Source: Squalus acanthias (lineage: Eukaryota). From it: 64,000 bases of DNA. Made by a program: the position numbers and the translations under genes. Positions 1-13,200 of this stretch are shown in pieces; positions within the stretch are counted from its first letter, which is position 1; each line of letters begins with the position of its first letter. The DNA lies in the NCBI GenBank assembly GCA_030390025.1, contig CM059432.1:145392001-145456000 (forward strand), given 5' to 3'. The notes under the pieces are model-generated. The model ran no database searches. It was not told the origin of the DNA and saw nothing but the letters and a program-made list of their open reading frames with translations.

Positions 1-63
1 AGAGCAGTGCCTTTCATCTATGGATCTTGGCTTTCAATCCAACTTAAATAGTGAGATAACTCA

Positions 64-890
64 ACAGCAAAATACTGCGGATACTGTAAATCTGAAATAA
101 AAACAGAAAATGCCGGAAACACTCAGCAGGTCAGGCAGCATCTGTGGAGAGAGAAACAGTTAACATTTCAGGTCGATGACATTTCATCAGAACTGGAAAA
201 TGTTACTAATGCTACAGGTTTTAAGCAAGTACAGAGGCAGGGAAAGGGGGGTGGGGAGGAGGGCAGGAAATAACAAAAGGGAAGGTCTGTGATAGCGTGG
301 AGGGCAAGACTGATTAATTGACAAAAGGTATGATGTATGAGGCAAAAAGGGGTGATAATGAGACAAGTAAACAAACAAAAGATGGGTCCAGAGGAGGTGT
401 ATAAATGGTTACAGCAGAATAGCAGAGGGGGAGGGAAGTAAGGGAAATCTGGCAAAGAGAAGGCTTCCATGGCCCAGGAATGTGGCAGAAGAAAGGCAGG
501 TAGACCTCAGGAGTGTGGACCACCCATCCGGCCTTGTACCGATAGGGGATCCCCACCCCAAGCACCAGCCCACATCTCCTCCACTCCCAGTGGCTGTGGT
601 GCAAACATTACCAGCTCCTGCGGTTTGAGAGAAAATGAGAGCAATGGTTAAGGTCTAAGGTTGTTAAACTCAACGTTAAGGCCGGAAAGCTGTAAAGCGG
701 CGAGTAGAAAGATGAGGTGCTGTTCCTAAAGTTTGCGTTGAGCGTCTTTGAAACAGTGTTGGAGGCCAAGGACAGAGTGTGAGTGGGGTGGAGAATTAAA
801 ATGGCAAGTGACCGTTTGTGGACTGAACAGAGGTGTTCTGCAAAGCAATCAACCAATCTGCATTTGGTCTTCCCAAAGTAGAGGAGACTG
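64..890 (-). mobile_element. Degenerate 3' fragment of a Penelope-like element (GIY-YIG end plus terminal repeat with hammerhead-like motif)
   Basis: Collinear with the 3' part of the element at 29049-29600 (shared aaatactgcgga...aaatctgaaataa, aaagatgaggtgctgttccta, tttggtct.ccc.a.gtagaggaga). Confidence 0.75.
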
Positions 891-1277
891 CATCTCCCCT
901 TTTCTCGCCTTTTTTGGAAGGTGTTGAGTAACAGTAAGATACAACTCCACAAGCACTGGCAGCCCCTTTGTTAGTTCACCCTAAAGGTCATTCTTCATGT
1001 GAGACCCAGGTTAGTGTCAGAAGGGGCTAATCGGGGCACCACAACCAAGACAGACCCTATCCTCAGCTAATATCTTTGCAAACGCACCTTTCAGCTCTGG
1101 AGCCACTAGATAGTGGTCACAAATTGGAATCTTGGCTGATTTTACCCAACTCTCTAGCAAAGGGGCATTGAGTGCAATTGAAGCTGCTACCCTGGCAAAG
1201 ACCAGAAAAGATGGAAATGTTTTCTTAATCTGGCTCTCGCAGAACTGAGATTTTAATGGTACAGGCTGACTGCATGA

Positions 1278-1438
1278 ATATCTACAGTGCATTAATATCT
1301 ACAGTATATTGATATCTACATGACATTAATATATACAGTATACAGATATCTACAGTACATTGATAGCTACATTACATTAATATATACAGTGCATTAATAT
1401 CTACAGTGTATTAATATCTACAGTACATTGATATCTAC
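1278..1438. repeat. 17-bp minisatellite (approx. ATATCTACAGTACATTG), about 9 copies
   Basis: Directly visible tandem periodicity. Confidence 0.85.
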
Positions 1439-2225
1439 CTGCCTTTCCTCTAACTGGCCTGCTGTGTGTCATGCATTTTCTGTTTTTATTTTATATGTCC
1501 CCAATTGCCTGGCCATTACTCTGTGATTTAGTAAGATTCTTTTATAAATATCCTTTCATAAAAGAACTAATAGGGTTAATAATTAGCTTTTTGGAATATG
1601 TACATCATGTATATCTTGTCATAATTGTTAGTATCATATTCTAGAAAGGTTAAAAATTGCAAATAAAGATGGGTACTCAATGACTTTATCCAGTGAGGAG
1701 TTGAGTCACATATACCACAAAATTCCCAGTTCAAGCCCCAGTCTGTGCTGAGTCAATCTCAGCCTGAGCTTGGCTGTGATTCCACATTACCAAAGAACCT
1801 GCCAACACCCACTGTCAGTGCTCCTAAATGAAGAAAGCAGATCCAGGCAAGCTCCAGTGGGATGCTGTCAGTACCACAGCAAGGAGACTTCAAAAGAGTG
1901 CAGGAAAGGGGAGAAAATAACTCACCATGATTGATCAACAAAGTTCTGTAAGGTTTTCTTAAATGAGCACAGCCTTCTTGCTTAGAAGACAGCACTAGGA
2001 GACCCAAATGTGGTTTTCATTATGATAATGTCACACATTACTGATAAAATAGTGTGATATACTGACATGTCTTGACCCAGATGCATCTTGGCCTTGCTGC
2101 GTTCGACAATGGGAAACACAAAAAACATTTTGCCGTATATTTGATAAGAAAGATGGTGCCCCTTTAAAGCTGACTCTTCCGTACTGTTTCCTCTCACTGG
2201 TGTCTTGTTATTTTGTGTTGAATAG

Positions 2226-2408
2226 CGCTGGGAACAAAGACTAGACCAGCAGCAGCAAGTGCGTGTCATGCAAGAAAGAAACCAAAATGCAGGACGCAGT
2301 GAGCGCAGTGGTGGTCCAAAGCCAAACTCAAAGAACCCAAACCAAGCTCCTGGCAATCCCAGAAAGACCAACAAAAATAAAAGCAAGAAGGAAGCCAAGA
2401 AACTATGA
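2226..2408 (+). CDS. SFRP4: Last coding exon of secreted frizzled-related protein 4-like gene
   Basis: Pyrimidine-rich tract + AG at 2224-2225, then RWEQRLDQQQQVRVMQERNQNAGRSERSGGPKPNSKNPNQAPGNPRKTNKNKSKKEAKKL*. This resembles the basic SFRP4 C-terminus (WEERL...AGRTSRS..PKP). Tail-to-tail with an NME8-like gene, as in human 7p14. Confidence 0.8.
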   Translation, partial: RWEQRLDQQQQVRVMQERNQNAGRSERSGGPKPNSKNPNQAPGNPRKTNKNKSKKEAKKL

Positions 2409-3480
2409 ACTGGGAAGTTTCTGCAACTACAACCGTCTCGTACTCTGGAGGTCTTTTCTTGGCTTCAGTGGCATGCAACAATCTGCAGATCATTTCTATC
2501 CATATACAGCCTGGTAATTATTGCACTACTGCATTTCCAAACGTCTGTGTAGCATCATCAACGCTGTAAAACTTTGCATTTTCATATGCAGGCACTGCTA
2601 GCCACGGTCATTGGTTTGCACTACAAAGTGGTGGGCATCTTTGTATGCCTTCATCTTTCTAACTTGTCACATTTCAAAGCAGAGAAGTATGTGATATCAA
2701 TCTCTCCTGTCCAGCTCATGCTCCTATGTATTTGGACACCTGTGCTACTGACGTGGTTGTTTTGCTGTATTGTGTGTGTTGATAAAATGCTCTCTGCAAG
2801 CTAATCTCTATATCTGAATTATGTCTTCTCATATCATAGACTGTGCCACTGCAACGTAAGATATATTGCATTACTTATTTAAAATATTATTCTTCCAATG
2901 TGCCAGTTTAATATATAGAACTGGTAGATTTTCAGATTGGATTCTGTCTTCATTTTTTTAATTATTATTAGCTTTTCAAAGGTTTGAAAAGTTCATGCCA
3001 TTTACATGAGTTTTTATTTCTCCAGGAAGGCACCTTAACGAACATTTATTGTACATGTTTGCTTCCTGTAAGTTGTATAAAAAAATGATATTGGTGTCTC
3101 AGACAATGTTAAAACAAGATGTGATTTTTACAAATAAAAGGATTTTGTAAAAGTTGCAAATTCTGAGGTGAAAACTACACACGCAAAAAACAATGAAGTG
3201 ATCCCTAAGAAATGAAGCTTTGATTGTGGTGGTTTTATTGGCAGCAATAATTTGTTTTGCTTGGTAGAAGTGCTGGAACAGATCTTTAGAAGTCATGTAG
3301 AATATCTGCTTTTGATCGGTCACAGCTGCAATGAACCACAGATTATGACAACATTTTTACATAAATGGCAGTAATTTTTGTACTGAAAGATTTTTAGAGT
3401 CTCGTCTGTTCCACATAAGGGCAGCATTCCTTCATCTTTTAAATTCCTAGAACTCAACATTCCTCTGTACAGAAATATGA

Positions 3481-3486
3481 AATAAA
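3481..3486 (+). terminator. Candidate polyadenylation signal of the SFRP4-like gene
   Basis: AATAAA followed by a T/GT-rich stretch about 1.1 kb after the stop. Other AATAAA hexamers exist nearby. Confidence 0.35.
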
Positions 3487-5694
3487 CTTTAATGGCAGAT
3501 TTGCGCCTTCTTTTCCTTTCGTGTTTTCTTTTTAAGTAACATAATATAAATAACTACCACCAAAACAATACATCTTCAGACTATTTAACATTTTTCTGGT
3601 TTTGATAGTGTGCAACTAATAAATGCAGACTTGTCCTTTGAATTGCAAGAAAATAGTTTTATAACACATAATTAAAAAGGAATTTTGAGGGTCTCCACTT
3701 AAAGAGATACTATTAGCTTCTAACATGGTATATACAATAACTAAAAACCATGTGTACATAACATTTTCTGATACTTATCCTCTCCAAATAAAGTTGAAGA
3801 GTTAGTAAACACTCGGTGGGCTGCTGTAGTATTTCTGCCCCAAAGTAGAAAAGGGGATGTAAGGAAATTCAAATGAAGCAAGAAAATGTAATAATGAGAT
3901 TCAAGGTCTAGAAAAATCTAAGCCCCAAAATACCTGGGGCTGGAGAGCGCACAGTTACACTGTGGACAAGGGTGCTGGAATAGGGGCATGATCCTGACTC
4001 TGCCGGGATTCCACAACACTTGGACCAGACTTTTGGAGTAAGTGGAGCTTCCTAGGGCCCAAGAATTTGTTGCTTGTGCATGCCGATTGTTTGCTCGATG
4101 ATGTTTCTTGTGGCAGCATGGCTCCTTTTGTAGGCATGCTCTGAAGCTGTGCGCAGGTTCCTAACTAGAGTCATGAGCCACATCCAGAGGGGATAACCTT
4201 TGTCACCCAATAGCCAACCTGTAACTTAGTGGCCTGGTTGGAATAAAGGCAGCACAGAGGGCTGGCGCAAATGAAAGAGTCATGACTGCTGCCGGGATAG
4301 CAGGCGTTGTATGTTACAAAATGGTGCAAGTTAAATTACTTTTTACCTCCACTGGTACAGGCACGATGGGCCAAAAGGCATCCTGTGCTGTATCATTTTA
4401 TGATTCTGAGTTGAATTTAAATACCAATTGTATAGGCATAATTACCCTGCCAATAATTTTCCAGCATGTGATAAATCTGAGTGAAAGGTGTGCTGTAACC
4501 ATATGCCTGAAATTATTTTACCTATTGTACCAATTGTGTGAGAACAGTAGCGCCATCAGGAACTTTTAGACTACAGTGTAGAAAGTGGGGCAAATCATAC
4601 ATCTATGAGGCTACTGCATTCAAAGATCTTAAGGGACCATATCACTGTGATTTATCTTGTTGGATACTGGGGCCTAATCCATTGGAATGTGGAGAATAAA
4701 TGAAGAAGAATTTATGAGGCTATTCTTTTGGGAAGAGTATAACTTTTTTTGTTATTACCTACCTTTTCCGTGATCTTCCTGGGCTCTGCACTAACTGTGG
4801 CTGAAACAATGGGTGAATGGCCTTCCTCCATGTTCCACAATGGCACTCTGAACCAACCACTAGAAAATGTACAAGAGTGCTCCACTGATGACTATCCCAG
4901 CCATTTTTCCTGCCACATGGAAGCAATGTGACTCTCTAAGCAATGTGACTTTCTTAAGGACTACCCGACAACAATGTAACTGAGATTGGCGGTTGCAGTC
5001 ATAAACTCACATCCCACCTCTCAATTGTGTCATACATTAGTGTTTCATCATTGTATGCCACTACACGGCCTGGAATGAATTATTTGAATTGGAAGCAAAA
5101 TCAACAATGATTAATTCAGAACCAATATTTATTGAATTTTTACCTGACTCCAAATGATCAAGGTCTTTGACAAATGTAACAACACTATTTACAATATTTG
5201 AAATTATTTACTCTTAGATGCTATTGACAATTTGGGGTCTTATTTAGAATGTTACTAATATTCTAGAGAACCACAGATCTGATGCCAAGATTCACAATTA
5301 TTTATTTGGTTTAGGCAATTTCTTTGCAGGACCATAAATTCAGTTTGCATGACAAGTTTACTTTAATAGCTAGTGGTAGGAGTCTCCTCACGATCGTTAT
5401 TTAATATTAGTTCAATAGTTATGTTGCCTCATGTCTGCTTTCTTTCTTTCACCTCCTTTAGAATGCAATACTTAGGAGCCAGAATGTAAGTTCCAGGTCT
5501 CAGGGTCAATATTGTGATGTCACCAGATACATCAAAGTCGGGATTAATGATAATATCTATCACCCAGGTGGCAATCTGTACTCAAGGCCGCTATGCCTGG
5601 GAGCCAGGACCAAAGCTAGACATAGCAGAAATTATATTCAAAGCCAGAATCAGGATGAAAAACGGCAGCAGTTACGTTAATTGAGCAGCTACAT

Positions 5695-7396
5695 TTAGGG
5701 GCTAGATTCGGAGCCATCAGCGGCCGCATGGGCTCCTGGAACGTTGGCATCAATTCCATCGGGTGTACCTGGGGAGTCAGCATCAGATACGTTGGCAGAA
5801 GCAGGTACTTCTGGGGTGCTATCATCAAGGGGCTTCAGTGGGCGCAGATCATCTTCAGTGCCGGCATCAGGGGCTTCACCAGGAGCTGAAACATCTTCAG
5901 TGCCGACAGCAGGGGCATCACCAGGAGCAGAAACATCTTCGGAGCTGGCATCAGGGACTTCACCAGGAACAGATACACCTTCGGAGCCGGCATCAGGGAC
6001 TTCACCAGGAGCAGATACATCTTCAGAGCCGACATCAGGGACTTCACCAGGAGCAGATACATCTTCAGAGCCGACATCAGGTGCTTCACCAGGAGCAGAT
6101 ACATCTTCAGAGCCGGCATCAGGGACTTCACCAGGAGCAGATACATCTTCGGAGCCGGCATCAGGGGCTTCACCAGGAGCAGATACATCTTCGGAGCCGG
6201 CATCAGGGACTTCACCAGGAGCAGATACATCTTCAGAGCCGGCATCAGGGACTTCACCAGGAGCAGATACATCTTCAGAGCCGGCATCAGGGACTTCACC
6301 AGGAGCAGATACATCTTCAGAGCCGGCATCAGGGGCTTCAGTGGGTGCAGCTACATCTTCACTGCCGGCATCAGGGGCTTCAGTGGGTGCAGCTACATCT
6401 TCACTGCCGGCATCAGGGGCTTCAGTGGGCGCAGATACATCTTCAGTGCCGGCATCAGGGACTTCAGTGGGCGCAGATACATCTTCAGTGCCAGCATCAG
6501 AGGCTTCAGTGGGCGCAGATACATCTTCAGTGCCAGCATCAGGGACTTCAGTGGGCGCAGATACATCTTCAGTGCTGGCATCAGGGGCTTCAGTGGGCGC
6601 AGATACATCTTCAGTGCTGGCATCAGGGGCTTCAGTGGGCACAGGTACATCTTCAGTGCTGGCATCAGGGGCTTTAGTGGGCGCAGATACATCTTCAGTG
6701 CTGGCATCAGGGACTTCAGTGGGCACAGATACATCTTCAGTGCTGGCATCAGGGACGTCAGTGGGCACAGATACATCTTCAGTGCTGGCATCAGGGGCTT
6801 TAGTGGGCGCAGATACATCTTCAGTGCTGGCATCAGGGGCTTCAGTGGGCGCAGATACATCTTCAGTGCCGGCATCAGGGGCTTCAGTGGGCGCAGATAC
6901 ATCTTCAGTGCCGGCATCAGGGGCTTCAGTGGGCGCAGATACATCTTCAGTGCCGGCATCAGGGGCTTCAGTGGGCGCAGATATATCTTCAGTGCCGGCA
7001 TCAGGGACTTCACCAGGGGCAGATACATCTTGGGTGCCAGCATCAGGGACTTTGGTGGGTGCAGATATATCTTCGGTGCTGACATCAGGGGCTCACCAGG
7101 AGCAGAAACATCTTCAGTGCCGGCATCAGGGGCGTCACCAGGAGCAGATACATCTTCGGTGCCAACATCAGGGGCTTTACTAGGAGCAGATACATCTTTG
7201 GTGCCGGCATCAGGGGTTTCACCAGGAGCAGATACATCTTGGGACCCAGGTGCAAGCCTAGTGTCAGTAGTTATTTCTTGCTCATCAGTGGGAGCTTCTA
7301 CATCCACTAAGTCAGAAGGTTCAATAGCAGTGGTACTAGGCGCAGCAGAAGGTGGTGCCGTAAGTAAAGCTATACTGGAAGAAGACAGTCCCTCAT
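5695..7396 (-). CDS. NME8: Putative terminal exon of NME8-like gene: acidic Pro/Ala/Asp/Glu-rich repeat tail (1-bp frameshift near 7092)
   Basis: Acceptor ttttccttaccattacag|AT is phase-compatible with the exon ending at 28547. Reads DEGLSSSSIALLTAPP...VDVEAPTDEQEITT then (DAGTEDVSAPTEAP)n to TAA at 5695. ORFs 6393-7307 and 5695-6768 are offset by one base. Confidence 0.7.
5821..7250. repeat. 42-bp coding tandem repeat, about 34 copies
   Basis: Unit ggcatcaggggcttcagtgggcgcagatacatcttcagtgcc; 42-bp spacing checked (6361 vs 6403). Confidence 0.95.
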
Positions 7397-8249
7397 CTGT
7401 AATGGTAAGGAAAAATAATAATTACATTTGGAATTAAAAATTACTTATGTTTTGATTTATTCGGTACAATTCCTTGAATGATAGCTTGACTTATTTACCA
7501 TGGAGTAGTTTTTTGAGCTGTCTGCTTCACTTTTACATACCTGAGTACCTATCATAATTGATTGAGTTAAGAATGAGTGGACACTGCTGTATATTTTTAA
7601 TTAAAGAAAAATTAAATTGCAGAGTTCAAACAAATCCTGCTATACAGCACCATGACATTTTTGTATTTAAATGCATAGTAACAAGGTGCAAAATTTGAAT
7701 ATGGGAATTTAACCATTTCAGAAAATAATACACAACGGGGTGAATGTTCTCAGCATTTTCAGTGCATTAGTGGTGCATAAAGGTGCAAGAAATTTTATGA
7801 GCCAGGATAATTGGGTAGAAGCTGTTTTTATCCATTGTGCCTTTAAAACACTTCTGAGTTTCCTTGTGCTTTTTCAGCCTTACCGCAATCAGCCCGCCAA
7901 GTCCCCACTGGTCTCCTTTGCATATGTCGGAATGAGGGCCTACGGCACAACAGCTGTGAGTTTCCTGGGTTTGCACTGCTAATGCACTCATGGTAAGTGA
8001 AGAAATTGTCAGCCTGAAGAATTTAAACACTGATTTTTACAGGTGTTTTTCTGGGGATTTATTACTACAAATACCTGCACTGTCTTCTGGTTGATTCTCA
8101 CAGGGTCAGCCCATTGGAATATTTTCAGAACCCACCCTGTCGTCAGGGCTTCTCAGGAACAAGTGAGTCACTGTATGTCATTATCATGGAGGAGAAGGAG
8201 CAATTTGGGATGGAGCTAAGGAGAGGCAGATATAATTTAAAGAGGATAT

Positions 8250-9178
8250 TACCCATCCTGTTGAACATACAGGCAGCACAGGTCTTATGAGTACCTCTTT
8301 GAGGAGTTGTGCATAAGAAGAGCGAGTCTCACCAAAGAGGCAATAGGCCATCTCTGTGACCTGCTGCATGAAGTCCTGCAGCCTCACTAATCTGCCTGCA
8401 TCACTCTCTCAGTGGCATGGAAGGTGACCACTGCACTCAACATCTATGGCTCAGGGTCATTTCAGGCAGTTAAGTGGAGATCTATGTAACATCAGCCAGG
8501 GTGTAGTACAGGCATGCATTTGTCAAGTCACTGATGCCCTTTACATAAGAGCGGGCAAATTCAATACCTTTGACATTGCAGCAAGGCTGCAAAGAGACAG
8601 GGCCATACAGTTGGCTTGCCCAAGATCCAGGATATAATTGATGACATACACAATGCTTGTGCACAGAACACCAACTCAGCCACATCAACATGTTCAGATA
8701 GAGGATCCTCCATGTCAATGCTTGATATGCAGGATGATGTGGAGATGCCGGTGTTGGACTGGGGTGGACAAATGTGAGAAGTCGCACAACACCAGGTTAT
8801 AGTCCAACAGTTTTATTTGAAATCACAAGCTTTTGGAGCACTGCTCCTTCGTCAGGTGAAGTGAAGAGATGTATATGCAGGAAGTTGCCATGATGCCTTC
8901 ATCCATTGTAATTTGCCCCTCTTCGACTTCTTCAGGGAAGAGAATCCAATCAATGGATAGCTATAGGGTGACAAAGCCTACCTCCTGCCCCCACGACCAA
9001 TGACCCCAATCAGAGTGCCCCAAATAGCAGCTGAGGAGCGCTACAACCAGGCATATCCTCTACTAGACTTGTCATTGAGAGGACCAACGCGGTGTTGAAA
9101 GCACGGTTTTGGTGCCTAGAAAGGTTGGAAGGGGATTTAAGTATGCTTCAGATCTGGTGTCCACAATAGTTATAGCCT
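8250..9178 (+). pseudogene. Degraded Harbinger (HARBI1-like) transposase; C-terminal end resumes at 25341
   Basis: Fragments SVAWKVTTALNIYGSGSFQA, SCHDAFI, IGDKAY, IERTNAVLKARFWCL align by eye with the intact transposase at 14905. VSTIVIA|CFALHIFAF is split by the 9179-25340 insertion. Confidence 0.8.
8735..8872 (-). mobile_element. Short Penelope-related repeat with hammerhead-like motif, 10-bp TSD
   Basis: Flanked by atatgcagga (8725-8734 and 8873-8882). A related copy lies at 62436-62597. Minus strand has cac-CTGACGA-a-ggagc/gctcc-(a)AAA-gctt-gtg. Confidence 0.65.
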
Positions 9179-10292
9179 TTTTTAAAAATTCGTTTATGGG
9201 ATGTGGGCATTGCTGGCAAGGCCAGCATTTATTGCCCATCCTTAATTGCCCTTGAGAAGGTGGTGGTGAGCCGCCTTCTAGAACCGCTGCAGTCCGTGTG
9301 GTGAAGGTACTCCCACAGTGCTGTTAGGTAGGGAGTTCCAGGGTTTTGACCCAGCGACGATGAAGGATCAGCGATATACTTCTAAGTCAGGATGGTGTGT
9401 GACTTGGAGGGGAACTTGGAGGTGGTGGTGTTCCCATGCGCCTGCTGCCCTCGTCCTTCTAGGTGGAAGAGGTCGCGGGTTTGGGAGGTGCTGCCGAAGA
9501 AGCCTTGGCGAGTTGCTCCAGTGCATCTTGTAGATGGTATACACTGCAGCCACGGTACGCTGGTGGTGGAGGGAGTGAATGTTTAAGGTGGTGGATGGGG
9601 TGCCAATCAAGTGGGCTGCTTTGTCCTGGATGGTGTCTAGTTTCTTGAGTGTTGTTGGAGTTGCACTCATCCAGGCAAGTGGAGAGTATTCCATCACACT
9701 CCTTACTTGTGCCTTGTAGATGCTGGAAAGGCTTTGGGGAGTCAGGAGGTGAGACACTCGCCGCAGAATACCCAGCCTCTGACCTGCTCTTGTTGCCACA
9801 ATATTTATGTGGCTGGTCCAGTTACGTTTCTGGTCTATGGTGACTCCCAGGATGCTGATGGTGGGGGATTCAGCGATGGTAATGCCGTTGAATGTGAAGG
9901 AGTGCTGGCGTGAATGTTACCTGCCACTTAACAGCCCAAGCCTGAACGTCGTCCAGGTCTTGTTGCATGCGGACATGGACTGCTTCATTATCTGAGGAGT
10001 TGTGAATGGCGCTGGACACTGCAGTCGTCAGCGAACATCCCCATTTCTGACCTTATGTTGGAGGGAAGGTCATTGATGAAGCAGCTGAAGATAGTTCGGC
10101 CTAGGACACTGCCCTGAGGAATTCCTGCAGCGAAGTCCTGGGGCTGTGATGATTGACCTTCAACCACCACACCCATCTTCCTTTGTGCTAGGTATGACTC
10201 CAGCCAGTGGAGAGTTTTCCTCCTGATTCCCATTGACTTCAGTTTTACAAGGGCTCCTTGATGCCACACTCGATCAAATGCTGCCTTGATGT
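9179..10292 (-). mobile_element. LINE A (CR1/L2 group), 3' segment: RT C-terminus and tail
   Basis: DIKAAFDRVWH-like, PQGSVLG and FADD motifs in ORF 9988-10347; YKAQVRSVMEYS in 9368-9799. Continues at 18678. Confidence 0.9.
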
Positions 10293-13200
10293 GGTTCACA
10301 TTGGTACCAACTACATGGGTAGAAAGAGGGATGAGGTCCTGCAACAAGAATTTAGGGAGCTAGGTAGCAGATTAAAAAGCAGGACCTCAAAGGTTGTAAT
10401 CTCTGGATTACTCCCGGTACCACGTGCTAGTGAGTATAGGAATAGGAGGATAGAGCAGATGAATGCGTGGCTAAAGTGTTGGTGCAGGAGAAAGGGCTTT
10501 AGTTTCCTTGATCACTGGGTCTGCTTCTGGGGAAGGTGGGACCTGTACAAGTTGGACGGGTTGCACCTGAACCGGAACGGGACCAACATCCTTGAGGGGA
10601 GGTTTGCCAGTACTGTTGGGGGGGGTTTAAACTAACTTGGCAGGGGGGATGGGATACCGAGTGGAGCTATAGTAGGGGGTGATGTACAGCCAAATATAGA
10701 GGAAAAAACAAGTCAGCCTGGAAGGCAGAGCAAATATGTAACGGCACAAGGGAGTATGGCAAGGCTGGATGGCATTTATTTTAATGCAAGGAGTCTTGCG
10801 AGTAAGGCAGATGAATTGAAGGTGTTGATGAACACATGGGAGTATGATATTGTTGCTATCACAGAGACATGGTTGAGGGAGGGGCAGGACTGGCAGCTCA
10901 ATATTCCGGGGTATAGAATCTTCAGGCGAGACAAAAGTGGGTGTAAAAGAGGAGGGGGTGTCGCAATATTAATCAAGGAGTCAATTACTGCTGTAAGGAG
11001 GGATGATATCTTAGCAGGTTCCTCTAATGAGGCCATATGGGTAGAACTTAAAAACAAAAAGGGGGCAAGCACTTTGCTGGGAGTGTACTATAGGCCCCCA
11101 AACAGTCAGGGGGAGTTAGAGGAACAGATATGAAGGCAAATCTCAGGGAAGTGTAGAAATAATAGGGTAATAATAGTAGGGGATTTCAACTTCCCCAATA
11201 TTAACTGGGATAGTCAGAGTGTGAAAGGCTTAGAGGGTGCGGAATTCTTAAAGTGCATCCAGGAGAGCTTTTTGAGCCAGCATGTAGAAAGTCCTACAAG
11301 AGAGGGGGCGGTACTGGACCTAATTCTAGGGAATGTAGCCGGCGAAGTGGTAGAAGTGTCAGTAGGAGAGCATTTTGGTGACAGTGACCATAATTCGGTG
11401 AGATTTAAGGTAGTCATGGAAAAGGACAAAGATGGACTGGAAATAAAGGTTCTAAATTGGGGGAAGGCCGATTTTAATATGATAAGGCAGGATCTGGCCA
11501 AAGTGGACTGGGATCAGCTACTTGTAGGAAAATCCACATCAGAGCAGTGGGAGTCTTTCAGAAAGGAAATAGAGAGAGTACAACGGCAACATGTTCCCGT
11601 AAAGGTCAAGGGTGGGACCAACAAGCCCAGTGAACCCTGGATGTCAAGGGATATACGAGAATGGATTAGGAAAAAAAGGGAGGCTTTTGGCAGATACAAA
11701 GGACTAAAAACAGTGGAAGCCCTAGAGGAGTATAGAAAGTGCAGGGGGGGTACTTAAAAAAGAAATTAGGAGAGCGAAGAGGGGGCACGAAATAACACTG
11801 GCGAGCAAAATAAAGGAAAATCCCAAGGTGTTTTATAAGTATATTAAAGGCAAGAGGATAACCAGGGAAAGAGTAGGGCCCATTATGGACCAAAGTGGCA
11901 ATCTGTGTGTAGAGCCAGAAGATGTAGGTGGGGTTTTAAATGAATATTTTGCATCTGTGTTCACTATGGAGAAGGACGATGTAGGCATAGAAATCAGGCA
12001 GGGGGATTGTGATATACTTGAACAAATTAGTCTTGAGAGGGAGGAGGTACTAGCGGTTTTAGCGGGCTTAAAAGTGGATAAATCCCCAGGCCCAGACGAG
12101 ATGTATCCCAGGCTGCTGTGTGAGGCAAGGGAGTAGATTGCAGGGGCTCTGACACAAATTTTCAGAACCTCTCTGGCCACAGGGGAGGTGCCAGAGGACT
12201 GGAGAACAGCTAACGTAGTACCATTATTCAAGAAGGGTAGTAGGGATAAACCAGGGAATTACAGGCCAGTGAGCCTAACATCAGTGGTAGGGAAATTATT
12301 GGAAAAAATTCTGAGGGACAGAATTATTCTCCACTTGGAGAGACAAGGATTAATCAAGGATAGTCAGCATGGCTTTGTCAGGGGGAGATCATGTCTGACC
12401 AATTTGATTGAATTTTTCGAGTGGGTGACTAGGTGTGTGGATGAGGGAAGTGCAGTTGATGTGGTCTACATGGACTTCAGTAAGGCTTTTGACAAAGTCC
12501 CGCATGGGAGACTGGTCAAGAACGTAAGAGCCCATGGGATCCAGGGCAACTTGGCACATTGGATCCAAAATTGGCTTAGTGGCAGGAGGCAGAGGGTGAT
12601 GGTCGAAGGTTGTTTTTGTGACTGGAAGCCTGTGTCCAGTGGTGTACCGCAGGGATCGGTGCTGGGTCCTTTGCTGTTTGTAGTGTACATTAATGATTTA
12701 GATATGAATGTAGGAGGTATGATCAGTAAGTTCGCAGATGACACGAAAATTGGTGGGGTGGTAAATAGCGAGGAGGGAAGCCTCAGGCTACAGGACGATA
12801 TAGATGGGTTGGTCAGATGGGCAGAACAGTGGCAAATGGAATTTAACCCTGAAAAGTGTGAGGTGATGCATTTTGGGAGGACCAACAAGGCAAGAGAATT
12901 CACAATGAATGGTAGGACCCTAGGAAGGACAGAGGATCAGAAGGACCTTGGTGTGCATGTACATAGATCCCTGAAGGCAGCAGGACAGGTAGATAAGGTG
13001 GTTAAAAAGGCATATGGGATACTTGCCTTCATTAGCCGAGGCATAGAACATGAGCAGGGAGGTTATGATGGAGCTGTACAAAACGCTAGTTAGGCTACAG
13101 CTGGAATACTGTGTGCAGTTCTGGTCGCCACACTATAGGAAGGATGTGATTGCATTGGAGAGGGTGCAGAGGAGATTCACCAGGATGTTACCTGGGCTGG

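Noticed and set aside
5744..7183. 479-aa + strand Ser/Gly/Ala-rich ORF (and 304-aa His/Gln ORF)
   Set aside because: Antisense shadows of the 42-bp repeat. There is no ATG start or splice context on +, while the - frame has a phase-matched acceptor.
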